Assembly (NCBI GenBank): GCA_051362555.1
Contig: CM120643.1
Location: forward strand, 2,666,001-2,730,000
Direction of reading: 5' to 3'
DNA length: 64,000 nt
Origin: Lingula anatina
Lineage: Eukaryota > Animalia > Brachiopoda
The notes beneath the pieces are model-generated. The model ran no database searches. It saw only the letters and a program-made list of their open reading frames with translations, and was not told the DNA's origin. Below are positions 1 through 12,495 of the stretch, in pieces (the first letter of the stretch is position 1; each line of letters opens with the position of its first letter). Position numbers and translations under genes: made by a program.

Positions 1-173
1 GACTCGCTGTTCGCAGATTATTCGTAGAATCTTTTGGACATGTCCAACATCCTCCGTACGTGGATACGGGCTGTCTGCGAACTCCAAATTTTGCAAGAGA
101 GACTTGCGTTGCACGAGAGCCGTTAAGTTTAAAGGCAACCCTCCATTTCTTTCAGTACTGGAGATACAAGAGG

Positions 174-3100
174 ATGTGGCTGATTTGCTTCTGTTGTATT
201 TTGTGCGCGGTTTTGCAGGGTTCCCTATCAGAGGTAATGCTTTCATATTTTTTGGTAAATTAGAATTTACTGGTATACAGTATCTACCGTAGTATTGTGA
301 AATGTGGTACATGTAGACTGTTACACTGCGATAAACAAGGCCTTGACAAAGTTATGTTGATTTGCACACACGCGCGCGCCTGCACACACATATTTTTGGT
401 CGTACCCCTCAACTCTCGCCCCCCCCCCCCCAACCGAAAAGAAAAGCATTATTACAAGCAAAAAGAGTTGAACTGTTCAATCCTTGTGTCTACCCTACTA
501 TAGCATGTGCTCTTGGCATACATGTGTTTCAATACTCTAGCTTCATATCCCCCACCCTCCAAGAACCTATTCCCACAGATTTTAGATCGATCTATCCCTG
601 TGGGGAGTCTCACTAGATTACTGTCAGCTTAGCCGGCTTAAATGTCCGTCCCGCCTACTAAAAGCTGTAAGGAGGTAATTAACTTTCGTGGGCGCTCGGC
701 TGACAGCAATTTAGCGTGAACCCCCAGGGAGTTAGGTCGATCTAGATGGATCGATCTAAATCTATGGGAATGCAGTCAATCTAGCTTCATTACCCCCTCT
801 AAGGCAATGGATGACCTGCTTTGCTATTTAGTTTTTTTTAGCATTATCATAATTTTGATATGATATGAAATTAAAATTTGCAAATCATATGATTTCGGTG
901 TGTACGCGTGCGCCTGTTTTTGTGTTTGCTCATCTATTCATATAATGTACATAGTTGAAACGTTCATTTTTTAGGAAGGGAAGGAAGATATCCACCCTTA
1001 CCAACGAGCCTTTGGTAAATAATACAAACAGCTAGTCCAAATATCATATCATTATATAAAACCTGTGCATTGCAGGTAAAATACGGCTTTGAACGTTTGC
1101 CTACGGATTTCTATTCCTTAAAGTGACACCCTTTTCCACTCATTTAGTTTCATCAAAAACGTAATACTTACGCGTTTTAATTACTTACCATACAGTATAG
1201 ATAATAGGAATATATATCTTCACGTCCACGATACTGGGTAACAACAATGGGTTATCGTATTTGAAAGTCTGTCAAAGAATTCCTATGTGTTGGATTACAA
1301 TGGGGCTGCTTTCACTTGAAAAGGGATGGGTTGTTTTAATATAACAAACAATTGTGTGTTTCCAAACATCGCTGTGTATTTAAAACTTTTTAATTCTTAG
1401 CTGAAAATAATACTAAAACAGCGCTTAAATCTTAGATACAGACATGTGAGACTGTTTTACAGCTGTGCGTTATGGAAAAGAAAGCTCTCAGAATAGTATT
1501 ATCATGTTTTTTGGCCCTCTCAGGGATCATTTACGGCAAACACTCTAGAGAAATACAAAAATTTCTCTCCGTCGCAAATTATGATGCGTGAAGAGAGCGG
1601 TTTGTTGTGCATTACTTTCGTTTCCGATTTCCACTTCAGTACACAGTATTATATCCCATACACGTGAACAATACAAATTTCAATCTTGGGATTTAAATAC
1701 CTGATATACACTCTGCTTTTCATAAAACAACAATGTGTAAGGAAATCCTGTCATCTGAGCGTTTAAGCACAAATGTTATGACCCAATCCTGTTTCGGTCC
1801 CTTCAGACAGGCATGAGTCACAGCTAGAGTGTAGTTTCGTTTCCCCATTCAGCTTCGGCCAAATAGTGGAGATTTTTATTGATGACGTAATGACCCGGTC
1901 ACATGAATATTAAATGAGGCTAATTAAATTAGCTATAGATCTATCCGGTTCCCACTTTTTTGCTTGTAATGCACGAAAAACGCTTTCACGCCATCGCTGT
2001 TTAACCGCTGATTCTGGGATCGCATGGCGCTTACCCAACTCCGTGGAGTTAAGTGTACTCTTCCCTGATAACTTTTTTATGTGTTTACTGTTACATTTTC
2101 CAAGTTTTATGAATATAAAGCAAAATACGATGTATATTATAAGCTGAAAGCGTGCTCACGAGAGAGTATTTCATGTCGTCGCTGTTTAACAGCCGATTCA
2201 GGATTGCGGCGTGTTTCCCTACTCTACACCCTGAGCTTCAGAGCTAACTTGACACTAACCTTTTCACTGTAGCCTATTCTCCATCGTGTCAAGTAACTCT
2301 ACGAAGTTAAGTGTACTCTTTTTTATGTGTTTAGTGTTACATTTTCCAATATTTTTGAATAAAAAGCAAAATACGATGCATGTTCTAAGCGGAAAGCGTG
2401 CTCACGCGATTGACGCCATGTTGAAATTTTGCTGCCCAAGTCCCAATGCCGTTACCCAGTGTCGTGGACGTAGAGATATATTTAGGTAACCATCTGTGCT
2501 TGTATTGACACATTTTTAAAAAAATCTGTCGAAGATCCCTGTGTGACTCACGACGTTCTGGACCAGGACTGGAGAAGCGTGAACAATACAAAAGGCACGG
2601 ATAAAAATGGGAAAATACATTGTGATAAAGCAGGATGGACTGACATTAACTTCCCTGGGTGGTTCAGATTCAAAGGCAATGCTGGGAATAGAATGCTAGA
2701 CAAGGTCAGTATACACTGATGCTCATAAGTTAAGCAACACCCCGATTTTTTCAGAAGTTTCTTCTATCATGATCATTATTTCATTTGTTGGTGGGATTAT
2801 GCATATTTCTTTCATATTTTATAAATAACTTATTCAAGTTGAATATTTCGGTTAAAGAAATACACCACACAGCTTACTGTAATAATCAAAATAACATTAT
2901 TAACCAAACGGTACTAAAATATGCCAAACCATGTGTCAAAAAAGTATGCTCACACAGCAAAAAGTACGTGCTGATTAAAACAGCTTATTATGAAAAAATA
3001 AAGTTCGATCATTTAAGAATTAGTTTTAATAAAAGAAGACTGTAGATAATAGATGATTAATCGTCTATTATGCAATAAATATCGGGTGTGCTTTCCCTGG

Positions 3101-6100
3101 TTTTGAACAACAGCTTCACATTGTCTCCTGCAACTTGCCACCAAATTCTGCCAATCTTGCTTTGGGAGCCGGTTCCCTTCTTCAGTTACTGCATGCTGGA
3201 CCTCTCTAATGTTTCTAACTGGAGTTTGTCTCTCATTTACTGCCCTGTCAATCATATCCTAAGCATGTTCTATTACATTGAGAATTGATAAATATGCAAG
3301 CCAATCCAAATGTGGGATACCGCGCTGTTGCAGCGCGTCTTGCACGGACCATGCTTTCTGGATGGGCGCATTGTCCTGCACCAAAATGGTTTTTCTTTCT
3401 GGATTTGCTTGAATGTGTGATTGTATGCACCCCAATGGTATTTCGTCTCTGTATTGTTGACCAGGGCACCTCCCTTGAATGACGTACGGTGGCAATTTTT
3501 CATTGTTTGGCTGATATAAACTAGTCCTGGTGGCATAATCGAACCAGATATCTTCATCTCTTGCGTCGGTTAATATTGGTCTACCAGAAAGAGGCTTGTC
3601 CAATATATACGAGTTTGGCGCCATTTTGCTACCAGCTTGGACACTTGACTTGGTGCACCCCAGCACGATGACTTCCCATTATTTGCCATCTGATTACCTC
3701 GTTGAGTCCCCTTCTAACCATTGGTTGGTCCAAAATAACAAATTGTGCCCATGAAACTAGCCAAACTGGAAGCTCCTCATGGCATGGCCAAACTGTGTTT
3801 TTCGCAAGTGGCACCCCCATTGCATATTCTTTCGCGTCCAACAGTAAATAGTACTCTAATGTCACGGTCCAGTAAGTCAAAGTAAAAACAAAAGAAATAT
3901 CTAGCTACTGTACAAATTTTGCATCAATAAAAATTTTGGTTGCTGAGAAATTCGAGAAATAAGAAAGTGTTGCTTAACTTATGAGCATCAGTGTAGGTAC
4001 ACTGAGGAAAGACAATTCTGGCTTGGCCTTTTCTAGACTATATCAGAATTACTGACAGTATACCATTACGGTTTTCACTACACGTTCAACTTGGTCACAC
4101 CACACTTAAGTACTCAAAACACACACACACATACAGTATAATGATAGAGAGAGAGAGAGGGGGGGGGGGGGAGAAGACGAGGGGAGAAGACGAGGGTAAA
4201 CTAGTAATGCTGTTAAAGGACATACCCAGTATATACACATTCCATATCATGTATCTCACTTTTTCAGTCTTGAACATGCAGAATATTTACTATTAGGTTA
4301 CTGTTGGTAACTGTTTGGTCATAGTCTTTGTGAAAATGTGCTAGAACTAATAAAACTATTATATCAAAGGCAAATCAATATGACTGATGGAATAAAAGTA
4401 TAAAGTATGTTAATAAACATAACCGATGAGCAAATATAAGTCATATTTTTAAGTATCTTTCATATACCTCTTTATTGTACTTTTTAAATTGCCTCATTTA
4501 CAGTGCCCAGAGCCCTTCACATGCGGAACTAATGCTCCCATGTGGTTGAACGGTAAACACCCAGCAATAGGAGATGGCGTGGTCAGTAGCAAGACATGCG
4601 TGAGCCACCATAATGGCTGTTGTAGTTTGTCATTTCCAGTCCTAGTGAAGATGTGCTCGGCGGGATTCTATGTGTACTTATTACAAAATGCACCAAGATG
4701 CTTTATGGCTTATTGTGGTGGTAAGTGTCTCAAAATGCATCGCATACACGATGTCTGATAAAATATTTTAATTTAATTTGAAAATTAACACTACTATAGT
4801 ACAGTTGAGTAACTAATTCCATACCTAATTTACACAGAAGAAAGTACGCATCCCTTGTATATCTAGTGAAAAGTCAATAGTACTGTTAGAGGGTAAGTAA
4901 ACAGTACGCAGTTACGCCCAGTTGGTTTTTTAAAATCCTAAACACAGAATACATTATCCTCTATAGAGTAGACGCTGATTCTGAAAAGAGGCTTATAAAG
5001 CTAGGAGTTCCAGAACTCCTTGTATAAAGTAACATTTATTCCCTCGGCAATCTTTACTCGGTTTGACACTGTGCTATGTTAGACAAATGTATGGCGGTTT
5101 ATTTCAGGGTGGTCGTCCTTTAAAACCAATAGGCCGTGACATCAATAGGTTTACTAAATTTAGCGAAAGGTGTAAAAAAATGGGCATTTAATTCTTGTTG
5201 TCAGTATTTATTTCGTAATTAGGTAAATTCACAGGCGACTTAAATCCCAAAAAAATCTATGAATAAACCAATATTATTACTAGTAACAAGATTATCGATT
5301 TTGAAGGCTAAGGAACATTCTATCATTTCAAAATTATAAGTGAAACATAAGTTTACTTTTCGTAACTATCGCGTCAAAATTGCTATGTTAGGGGTCTTTC
5401 GGCTATCATACATGCATTCCTTTTTTTTCTTCTGAATAAAACGAAAATTGTCCAGTCTATTTTTTAAAAGGTATATTTCTATTTGTCATATTAAGTCACA
5501 CATGCATTTCTCCAATAAATGCCGTAATGCTGGACTTCAAATATTGCAAATAACAATTCTGGACCATCAAGCTCCAATGAACATTTGATTCTTTAAGAAG
5601 AAATAGCTAAAAATCTATTTGCTTAGCACGTGAAGTGGTCGAGGTGCAGGCTAAATGATAATTGAATATTTGTAGAGATATATAAAAATGCAAAATGAAA
5701 CCATACAAAATATGTATTTTTCATCTTGTGCGACACGCATCCGTTGATATAGCCTACGTGATATCAGCGTTACAAAGTAAATACATTTACTATTAATAAG
5801 TTGTATTAAGGTGCAGTGCAGGCTGAATGACAAATTGAATATTTAGAATTATTAAGCTAGGGCAGTAAACCTGAGGCTCAAAGGTGTTGTGTTTTCATTT
5901 TAGAATATCACGACCTGTGTTTTGATGAAAACGGTGGATGTTCCCACTACTGCTACATAGATAAGACTACATTAAAACCTGCGTGTTCGTGTCCAAGTGG
6001 TTTTCCTCTTGGAAAGGATCGAAGGACGTGCGGTGCGTGGCTGTTCCAAAAGAATGGAAGCACCGTAAAACCTGTTTGTTGTATCGACTTACTAGGTCGT

Positions 6101-8495
6101 AAATAAAAATTCATTGAAAGAATAATGAAATGCGTTTACAATCTTAGAAACATTTCCAGTTTAACGCGTATGGGGCTATGAATAAAACTTCTCACGAACA
6201 CACACATACACACAGACAGAGAGAGAGAGAGTTCGCCAATTATGTAATTTCAGAGTATCGCGACCTGTGTCTGGACAATAACGGTAGATGTTCCGACAAC
6301 TGCTCCATGGATAACTCTACATTCAAAGCTGTGTGTTCGTGTCCAAAGGGTTTCCGTCTGGGAAAGGACCAAAGGACGTGCGGTACGTGACTGTTCCAAA
6401 AGACCGGGTGTATGTCACAGTAAGTTAAGCCTTAAAGGGTATAGTAATGGGAATGTGTTTACAAACTTAGATAAATATCCAATGTAAATAATCGCGCGTT
6501 TTTATCCACACGTACAGTAACTCACAAAGAGAAAGAGAGAGAGAGAGAGAGAGAGAATGTTACCAATTATGCCATTTCAGAGTTTCACAATCTGTGTCTT
6601 GAAAACAATGGTGGATGTTCGGACAACTGCTCCATGGATAACTCTACATTCACTGTCGTCTGCTCGTGTCCGAAGGGCTTTGTGGTGGGAAGTAACAAGC
6701 GCGCCTGTAGTAAGTCTAATCTTTTTTTAATTAAGTAAAAAAAATAGAAACACAGCCGATCATTTAGGAGAGCTGGCATTCATTCGTGCATTACAACCAG
6801 CTAAGTGCATTGACTTTGGGTCATTTCTTAATTCATTTTATCATCTTTTTCATTTATTTTTTCAGATAACTCTTGCTTTAAAAGTTTTCTCCGATTTCAC
6901 TTCAGTTAGAGACGAGTGCAGAGTAGATAACGGTGGCTGTAGCCATTTCTGTGTCCATAGAGATTACGATGACCACAGCCACTGTCAGTGTCCAGTGAAT
7001 GATCTGGTGTTGAGGCAAGATGGAAAAACATGTGAATGTCAGTGAACGCTTGCAGTATTTCTTTTTTAAATTTGTTTAACATCGCCAAATACGGTACCTT
7101 GATCAATGAGCAATAATAGGAGATATTTGGGGGAATATGATATAGATACTCATTACAAAGACAATGGTAAAATGTTTGTCTAACTGGGCGTACCTTTTTA
7201 TGTCATTAAATTTAAACATCTACATTTATGCTACGTCAGCTCCCGATGTCAACGTAACCTGCACCGACCAACACCTGCAGTTGGACCTGCTTCGTTCGGC
7301 ATTCCATGGTCTTAACGAGAGCCAGCTCCAGTTGACGGACCCTTCCTGCCAAGGCACAGGCAACCATACCTTCATCACGTTCAGGGCGCCCCTGCACGGC
7401 TGTGGCACGATCATGAATTTCACCAACTCCTCGGTCGTGTATTCCAACATCGTGTCTACCAGGCCCAACTACCTCTCTCTAATGAGTGGTGTCGTCACTT
7501 GGGCCGGCACGGTCGAGATTCCATTTGAGTGCAAGTATGCAAGGGACCACTGGATTGCCGGAAGCTTCAAGCCAGTTGTAGAGAAATTGAGATTCAAGGA
7601 AAAGGGTCGAGGGAACTTGGCGTTCAACATCCAACAGTTCCAAACCGATAATTTTTCGACTCCATACTCCGAAAAGGACTATCCTGTGTCCGTGAAGATT
7701 CGTGACCAGATGTATTTCGTGCTGAGCGTGAACACGACGTCCCCGGCTGTGAAACTGTTCGTGGACACGTGCAAGGCTACACCCTCTTCCAGCCCCTTCG
7801 ACTTCCTCCAGTTCAACTTCATCATTAACGGGTAAATGCCTGTGTTACGCATAGGACACAAAATGTAATGACAAAATATTTAAGCTGTACATTCATACAG
7901 ATCAATGCAAAAATGCAATAATGGATATCCGTGGTTATCAGAGTTTTTATAGTTTTTCTTCGTGTTTTCATGGTCCTACATACAGTATCTTAAGTTCCGT
8001 CCAAAAATGATTCGCTCATAACCTCAATTTGGGATGTTTTAACGAGTAAGCTCACTTTTGTGTGTGTGAGTGTGTGTGTGTTTTATTATTATTATTAGAT
8101 TTGATAATAGGCCAACTTTTTGTGTCTTAAGAACTAGTCAACTGATCCTTTCCCAATCAGAAGTCATCTTCATATTATAATCAAATGAGCGTCATATATA
8201 CCGGTAGTAAAATAACTTGCCGTTCCTTCCATTCAGATGTTCAGTTACATCGGCAGTCAAGTTCCTCCCGAGTCAGGATCCAAGGGAGATCCGGTTGAGC
8301 ATCCGGGCCTTCCAATTCTTGAAAGCTTTACCTGAGATTTATCTCCACTGCAAAGTGGTCGTCTGCCACACTGCGGATATGACGTCACACTGTACCAAGA
8401 GCTGCGTGCAAGATGATAACACAGGGAAGAGACAAGCGGGATCTGTCGACGATTTCCAGATATCTGAAGGACCGTTCCATTATATCGTTTACTGA
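174..8495 (+). CDS. Secreted D8C + 4xEGF + ZP-domain protein (OIT3/uromodulin/GP2-like), copy A, 618 aa
   Basis: GT-AG exons in consistent phase: 174-233 (signal peptide MWLICFCCILCAVLQGSLSE), 975-1014, 2535-2704 and 4504-4720 (D8C: DPC...GWFRF...CGTNAPMWLNGKHP...FYVY...AYC), EGF exons 5904-6032, 6254-6382, 6581-6709, 6906-7037, ZP exons 7240-7831 and 8237-8495 (CGT..., FEC.Y, CKATPS, YLHCKVVVC, KR then FQISEGPF). Total 1857 nt with no internal stop. No TM/GPI tail. Confidence 0.9.
563..778. mobile_element. Tourist/PIF-Harbinger-like MITE (family M1), shared by both duplication arms (mirror ~21098-21313)
   Basis: TIRs attcccacagattttagatcgatc / gatcgatctaaatctatgggaat; many related copies in the window. 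Confidence 0.75.
1212..2481. mobile_element. Non-autonomous TIR DNA element in intron 2 of the ZP gene (present in both arms; mirror ~19487-20689)
   Basis: ~30-bp TIRs atatatcttcacgtccacgatactgggtaac and gttacccagtgtcgtggacgtagagatatat; internal duplication ~2048-2165 vs ~2308-2408. Confidence 0.65.
2714..3993 (-). mobile_element. Tc1/mariner-family DNA transposon with decayed transposase, specific to copy A
   Basis: Perfect 27-bp TIRs cactgatgctcataagttaagcaacac (2714-2740, 3967-3993), TA target duplication (2712-13, 3994-95). Empty site with a single TA in copy B (~19253). Minus-strand remnants LVQDNAP...DW...LNVIEH and C-terminal LVASCRRQCEAVVQNQGKHTRY typical of Tc1. Confidence 0.92.
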
Positions 8496-9332
8496 CGGCT
8501 TTTGTAAGTCATTTTCCATGAATGTTCCAATCTTGTGTTTTAACCTAATTTTTATTGGTAATTATTACAAATAATACACATTTTAATCAAGGATAATTAC
8601 ATGATTTCAAATTTGCATACAGACCTACATTTCATTCTAAATGCAGGGAAAGCACATTTTTTTAATTTGGTGTATGTCTGTTGAATATATATTTGTTTGA
8701 GTTGAAGTGTCCTGGCATCTTCTTTATTAAATTTTTCATTAACACATCTTTTACAGACCTGCGTCAGCAAATGTCCTCAACTCTCACGAAGATCGAAATC
8801 TCAACTCGACAATTGGACATGGGACATGCGATTTCAACCGATATAATTCGATTTTCACACCAACCTTAAACTTGTGCAACTAGTGGAGTGTAAAACTTGT
8901 ATTATTCTACGCATATATCTTAATCCGCTTTTGTGCACATTCTGAATTGCGCTTATCATTAAAAGCAGAGCAACTGACTAAACGTGTTATGTCTTTGGTT
9001 TAACTGGATGTTTTCACAGTATGGGAAGTTTTTGAGTCTATGATCTCCAACAAAGTTATGTGAGAAAAGGATCTATAAAATCAGTTCCTTTTGTTTATTT
9101 TTACCATAACGACGGAAATTCATTTCTATAACGACATCCAGACACGAAATTGCATATCATAATGAAGACAGGCTCGAAGGAAGCAAACCTTAGTGGGAGG
9201 GACAATTTAGGAAATAAGTGATGAAGGGCGGAGTTAGCTGCAAAGGGTATATACTTTAACTTGGACATCAGTTGACGTGGGTTTCCGCCCGGGATGTGAT
9301 ATTTTGGTGGGTATTTATTATTTTTTACTTAA

Positions 9333-9792
9333 AGGAATAATAACTTTTCGTTTTGGCCAAAAAATGAATTTTCCTGGAGTAAACAACAATTTTCCCATAC
9401 TTACCTGTTTTTTTTCTAAAAAGTTTGTTTTTTTGTTAAAATCTCTTCAGAGATTATAACAGAGTATAGCCATCAATGGAGGTCACGTGTGAGATCTATA
9501 TTTCACAGTAAAAACACATAGAAATATAATATATTTTACCACAAAAACGGCAGTTATAGCTATTATTCTGATATCTGAGCTTGTCTCTAGAGCACGTGAC
9601 CTCCATTGATGGATATACTCTGTTATAATCTCTTAAGAGATTACAACAAAAAAAAAAACTTTATAGAAAAAAAAAGACGGGGACTAACTTTGAATGTAAA
9701 AATGGATTCATTAACCATTGATAAGTATGGGAAAATCGTTGTTTACTCCAGGAAAATTCATTTTTTGGCCAAAACGAAGAGTTATTATACCT
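9333..9792. mobile_element. Kolobok-like MITE (family M2), rearranged foldback copy
   Basis: TTAA on both sides (9329-32, 9793-96), AGG...CCT termini. Both ends derive from the same end of the family seen at 14271 and 59453. Confidence 0.7.
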
Positions 9793-9799
9793 TTAACTA

Positions 9800-10596
9800 A
9801 AATAGGCATGCTATCAGTAAAAGTTTTCAATGATCTTAAAAATATACACTCTTTGTCGTGCCTTCTTTACATTCTTCGCGGTGTTATCTTTCCAATTCAA
9901 TTTACTGTTAAGGTGTATACCAAGTAGTTTAAATTCCTCTACCCTACTAACTTCAACACTACCAATGGTGAATGGTACCTTTACATTCTGATTCCTTCTA
10001 AAATCCACCATTTTTTTGGTTTTAGCTACGTTCAAGATAAGATCATTTCTCTCGCACCAGCTTAACACAGACTCAACAGATTCTCTATATGTACTCTCGT
10101 CATTATCAGTAACTAGCCCCACAAGCGTAGTATCAACCGCAAATTTCATGAGAGGATTTCCCTTCGCTTGCACTAGTGCAATCATAGGTAAAAAGGGAGT
10201 AAAGACAAGGTGAAAGGACGCATCCCTGTGGTGCACCGGTATTTAAGTTATTTTTGAGCTAAAAGAGCCGACTTTAACAGATTGTCTTCTATCTAAAAGA
10301 AAGTCTAAAATCCAATCACAAATAAGAACAGGTAGCTTAAGATGGTTTAAAAGTTTCAAATATAGTTTTTTTGGAACAATTGTGTTAAAAGCTGAACTGT
10401 AGTCAATAAATAAAATCCTTGCATAAAAGTTTTTGTTATCTAAGTGTTGTAGTACAGTGTGTAGGCACAAATTAATCTCATCTTCAACATTACTGTTAGA
10501 TTGATAAGCAAATTGCAGTGGGTACAAAGTTTTCGGCACAATTTCTTTAATAAAATTTAAGACTAATTTTCCCAAAATTTTCATAGGCACCGGAGT
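9800..10596 (-). mobile_element. Non-LTR retrotransposon reverse-transcriptase fragment (Rex1/CR1-group-like), degenerate
   Basis: PLQFAYQ, ARILFIDYSSAFNTIVP, WILDFLLDRRQSVKVG, KFAVDT (decayed FADD), WC...LILNVAKTK, FKLLGIHL; frameshifted. Confidence 0.85.
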
Positions 10597-11357
10597 CAAA
10601 TTTTCAAGTTTACATTGACGGGTATCTGTTTTTTTCTGTCGGAAGACGGTCAAAAATGGAGGATGGATCAACAAAGATAATTTGGAAGACTGTCAGAAAA
10701 TATCTCTGGATCCGCCCCTGAGTCAGGGCCACAAGTCAAATATCGTTTAGACTGATAACTCGGTTGGATTTTGGTACTGGTTTGATATCTGTAAGCTTCC
10801 TTAAAGCATTGAATTCTTAGTGAATTGAATTCTAATTGAATTCCTGTATTTTGAACTTATTATGAATTATTATCTAGGTGTTAGAGCATTCAGTTTAGTT
10901 TTCATATGTATTTAGTCCGTCTTTGTGTCAGAATTGTTAGTCACAATGAAATTTGTGTTAAAATGTAAGCATAAACATTGATATATGAAAAACTATCATA
11001 TCTTACAAAATACGGAGTTTAAGTATTTCTAACGATTTTCTCCAAAATACTAAAACCCAAGTAGCAGCTCTGATAATAGAGATAGCCTAATGTGGTTTTT
11101 TGTAGTTTGTTTTTAAGATGCATAAGCATGTTTGTAGGTGGTTTTGACACAGTTTTGGGGGAAAAGGTTATCTAAGGACCCCCCCCCCCCCCATTAAATA
11201 TCTTCAACACCTTCCCTAGTCGTATTTCCACGGAACTGCCATTCTTACAACATCAATATGCTCTACAGCCAAAATGATTGTGTATTTATATAGAGACATC
11301 TCTGTGAATATTTGTGAAAAATCAACTTGTTGCCCTGGTAGAGGTTACAACATCAAC

Positions 11358-11429
11358 GTCTCTGTGGCGTTAAGTTAGCGCGTTCAGCTGTTAACCAAAA
11401 GGTTGGTGGTTCAAGCATATCCAGGGACG
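11358..11429 (+). pseudogene. tRNA-Asn(GTT) pseudogene
   Basis: gtctctgtggcg...ttagcgcgttcagctGTTaaccaaaaggttggtggttcaagc...ccagggacg follows the metazoan tRNA-Asn pattern. The D-loop GG is lost and the anticodon and T stems carry mismatches; a TTTT run follows. Confidence 0.8.
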
Positions 11430-11825
11430 ATGAAGTTTTGGTGACGGATGAAATTTTTCTTGTGGTTTCTAAAACATGACATTACAGTATTTAAATCAGT
11501 ACTTTTTAAAAGTCTTTATTGTGCCAAACTTAAGTATACCTGTTTGCACTGTCTGTTTTATAAATTAAAAATATTTATTTTACAATGAATTTTTATTAAA
11601 ACAACCAAAACATTCCTTGTGTGATATTGACCAAATGTTTGTGTTGGAAAAAATTCACTCAGCACATGGAAAAAATGCACTCAGCACATTTATTAACTTT
11701 TAGCTTTAACAGATATTTAATTCTTTATTTTATCCTTTATTTATATGTTTTGATGTAAGCACAATAGAGTAGTTTCTGCAGTAGCCTAGACACCGAACAA
11801 TGATAAATTGTAACACTTAAAGCTG

Positions 11826-11873
11826 AATAAATATTATTATTATTATTATTGTTGTTGTTGTTGTTGTTGTTGT
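11826..11873 (+). repeat. AATAAA followed by (ATT)n(GTT)n microsatellite, probable retroelement 3' tail
   Basis: gaataaatattattattattattattgttgttgttg, ~100 bp from the inner duplication breakpoint. Confidence 0.5.
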
Positions 11874-12495
11874 AGCATATTTTCATCCATTCCTCTCTTC
11901 GCCGCCACCCGATCTTTTCTTCCGTTTTCCCCCGAAGACAGTCGAACGATCCCCATCCCCAGTTCGGCATACTGTGAAAACATCCAGTTTAACCAAAGAC
12001 ATAACACGTTTAGTCAGTTGCTCTGCTTTTAATGATAAGCGCAATTCAGAATGTGCACAAAAGCGGATTAAGATATATGCGTAGAATAATACAAGTTTTA
12101 CACTCCACTAGTTGCGCAAGTTTAAGGTTGGTGTGAAAGTCGAATTATATCGGTTGAAATCGCATGTCCCATGTCCAATTGTCGAGTTGAGATTTCTATC
12201 TTCGTGAGATTTGAGGACATTCGCTGACACAGGTCTGTAAAAGATGTGTTAATGAAAAATTTAATAAAGAAGATGCCAGGACACTTCAACTCTAACAAAT
12301 ATATATTCAACAGACATATACCAAATTAAAAGAAGGTGCTTTCCCTGCATTTAGAATAAAATATAGGTCTGTATGCAGATTTGAAATCATGTAATTATCC
12401 TTGATTAAAATGTGTATTATTTCTATTAATTACCAATAAAAATTAAGTTAAAACGCAAGATTGGAACATTCATGGAAAATGACTTACAAAAGCCG

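Noticed and set aside
2418-2489. gacgccATG as start of the ZP gene
   Set aside because: Lies in the end of a TIR element, has no signal peptide, and the following donor is not conserved in copy B; ATG 174 gives a signal peptide and correct phases.
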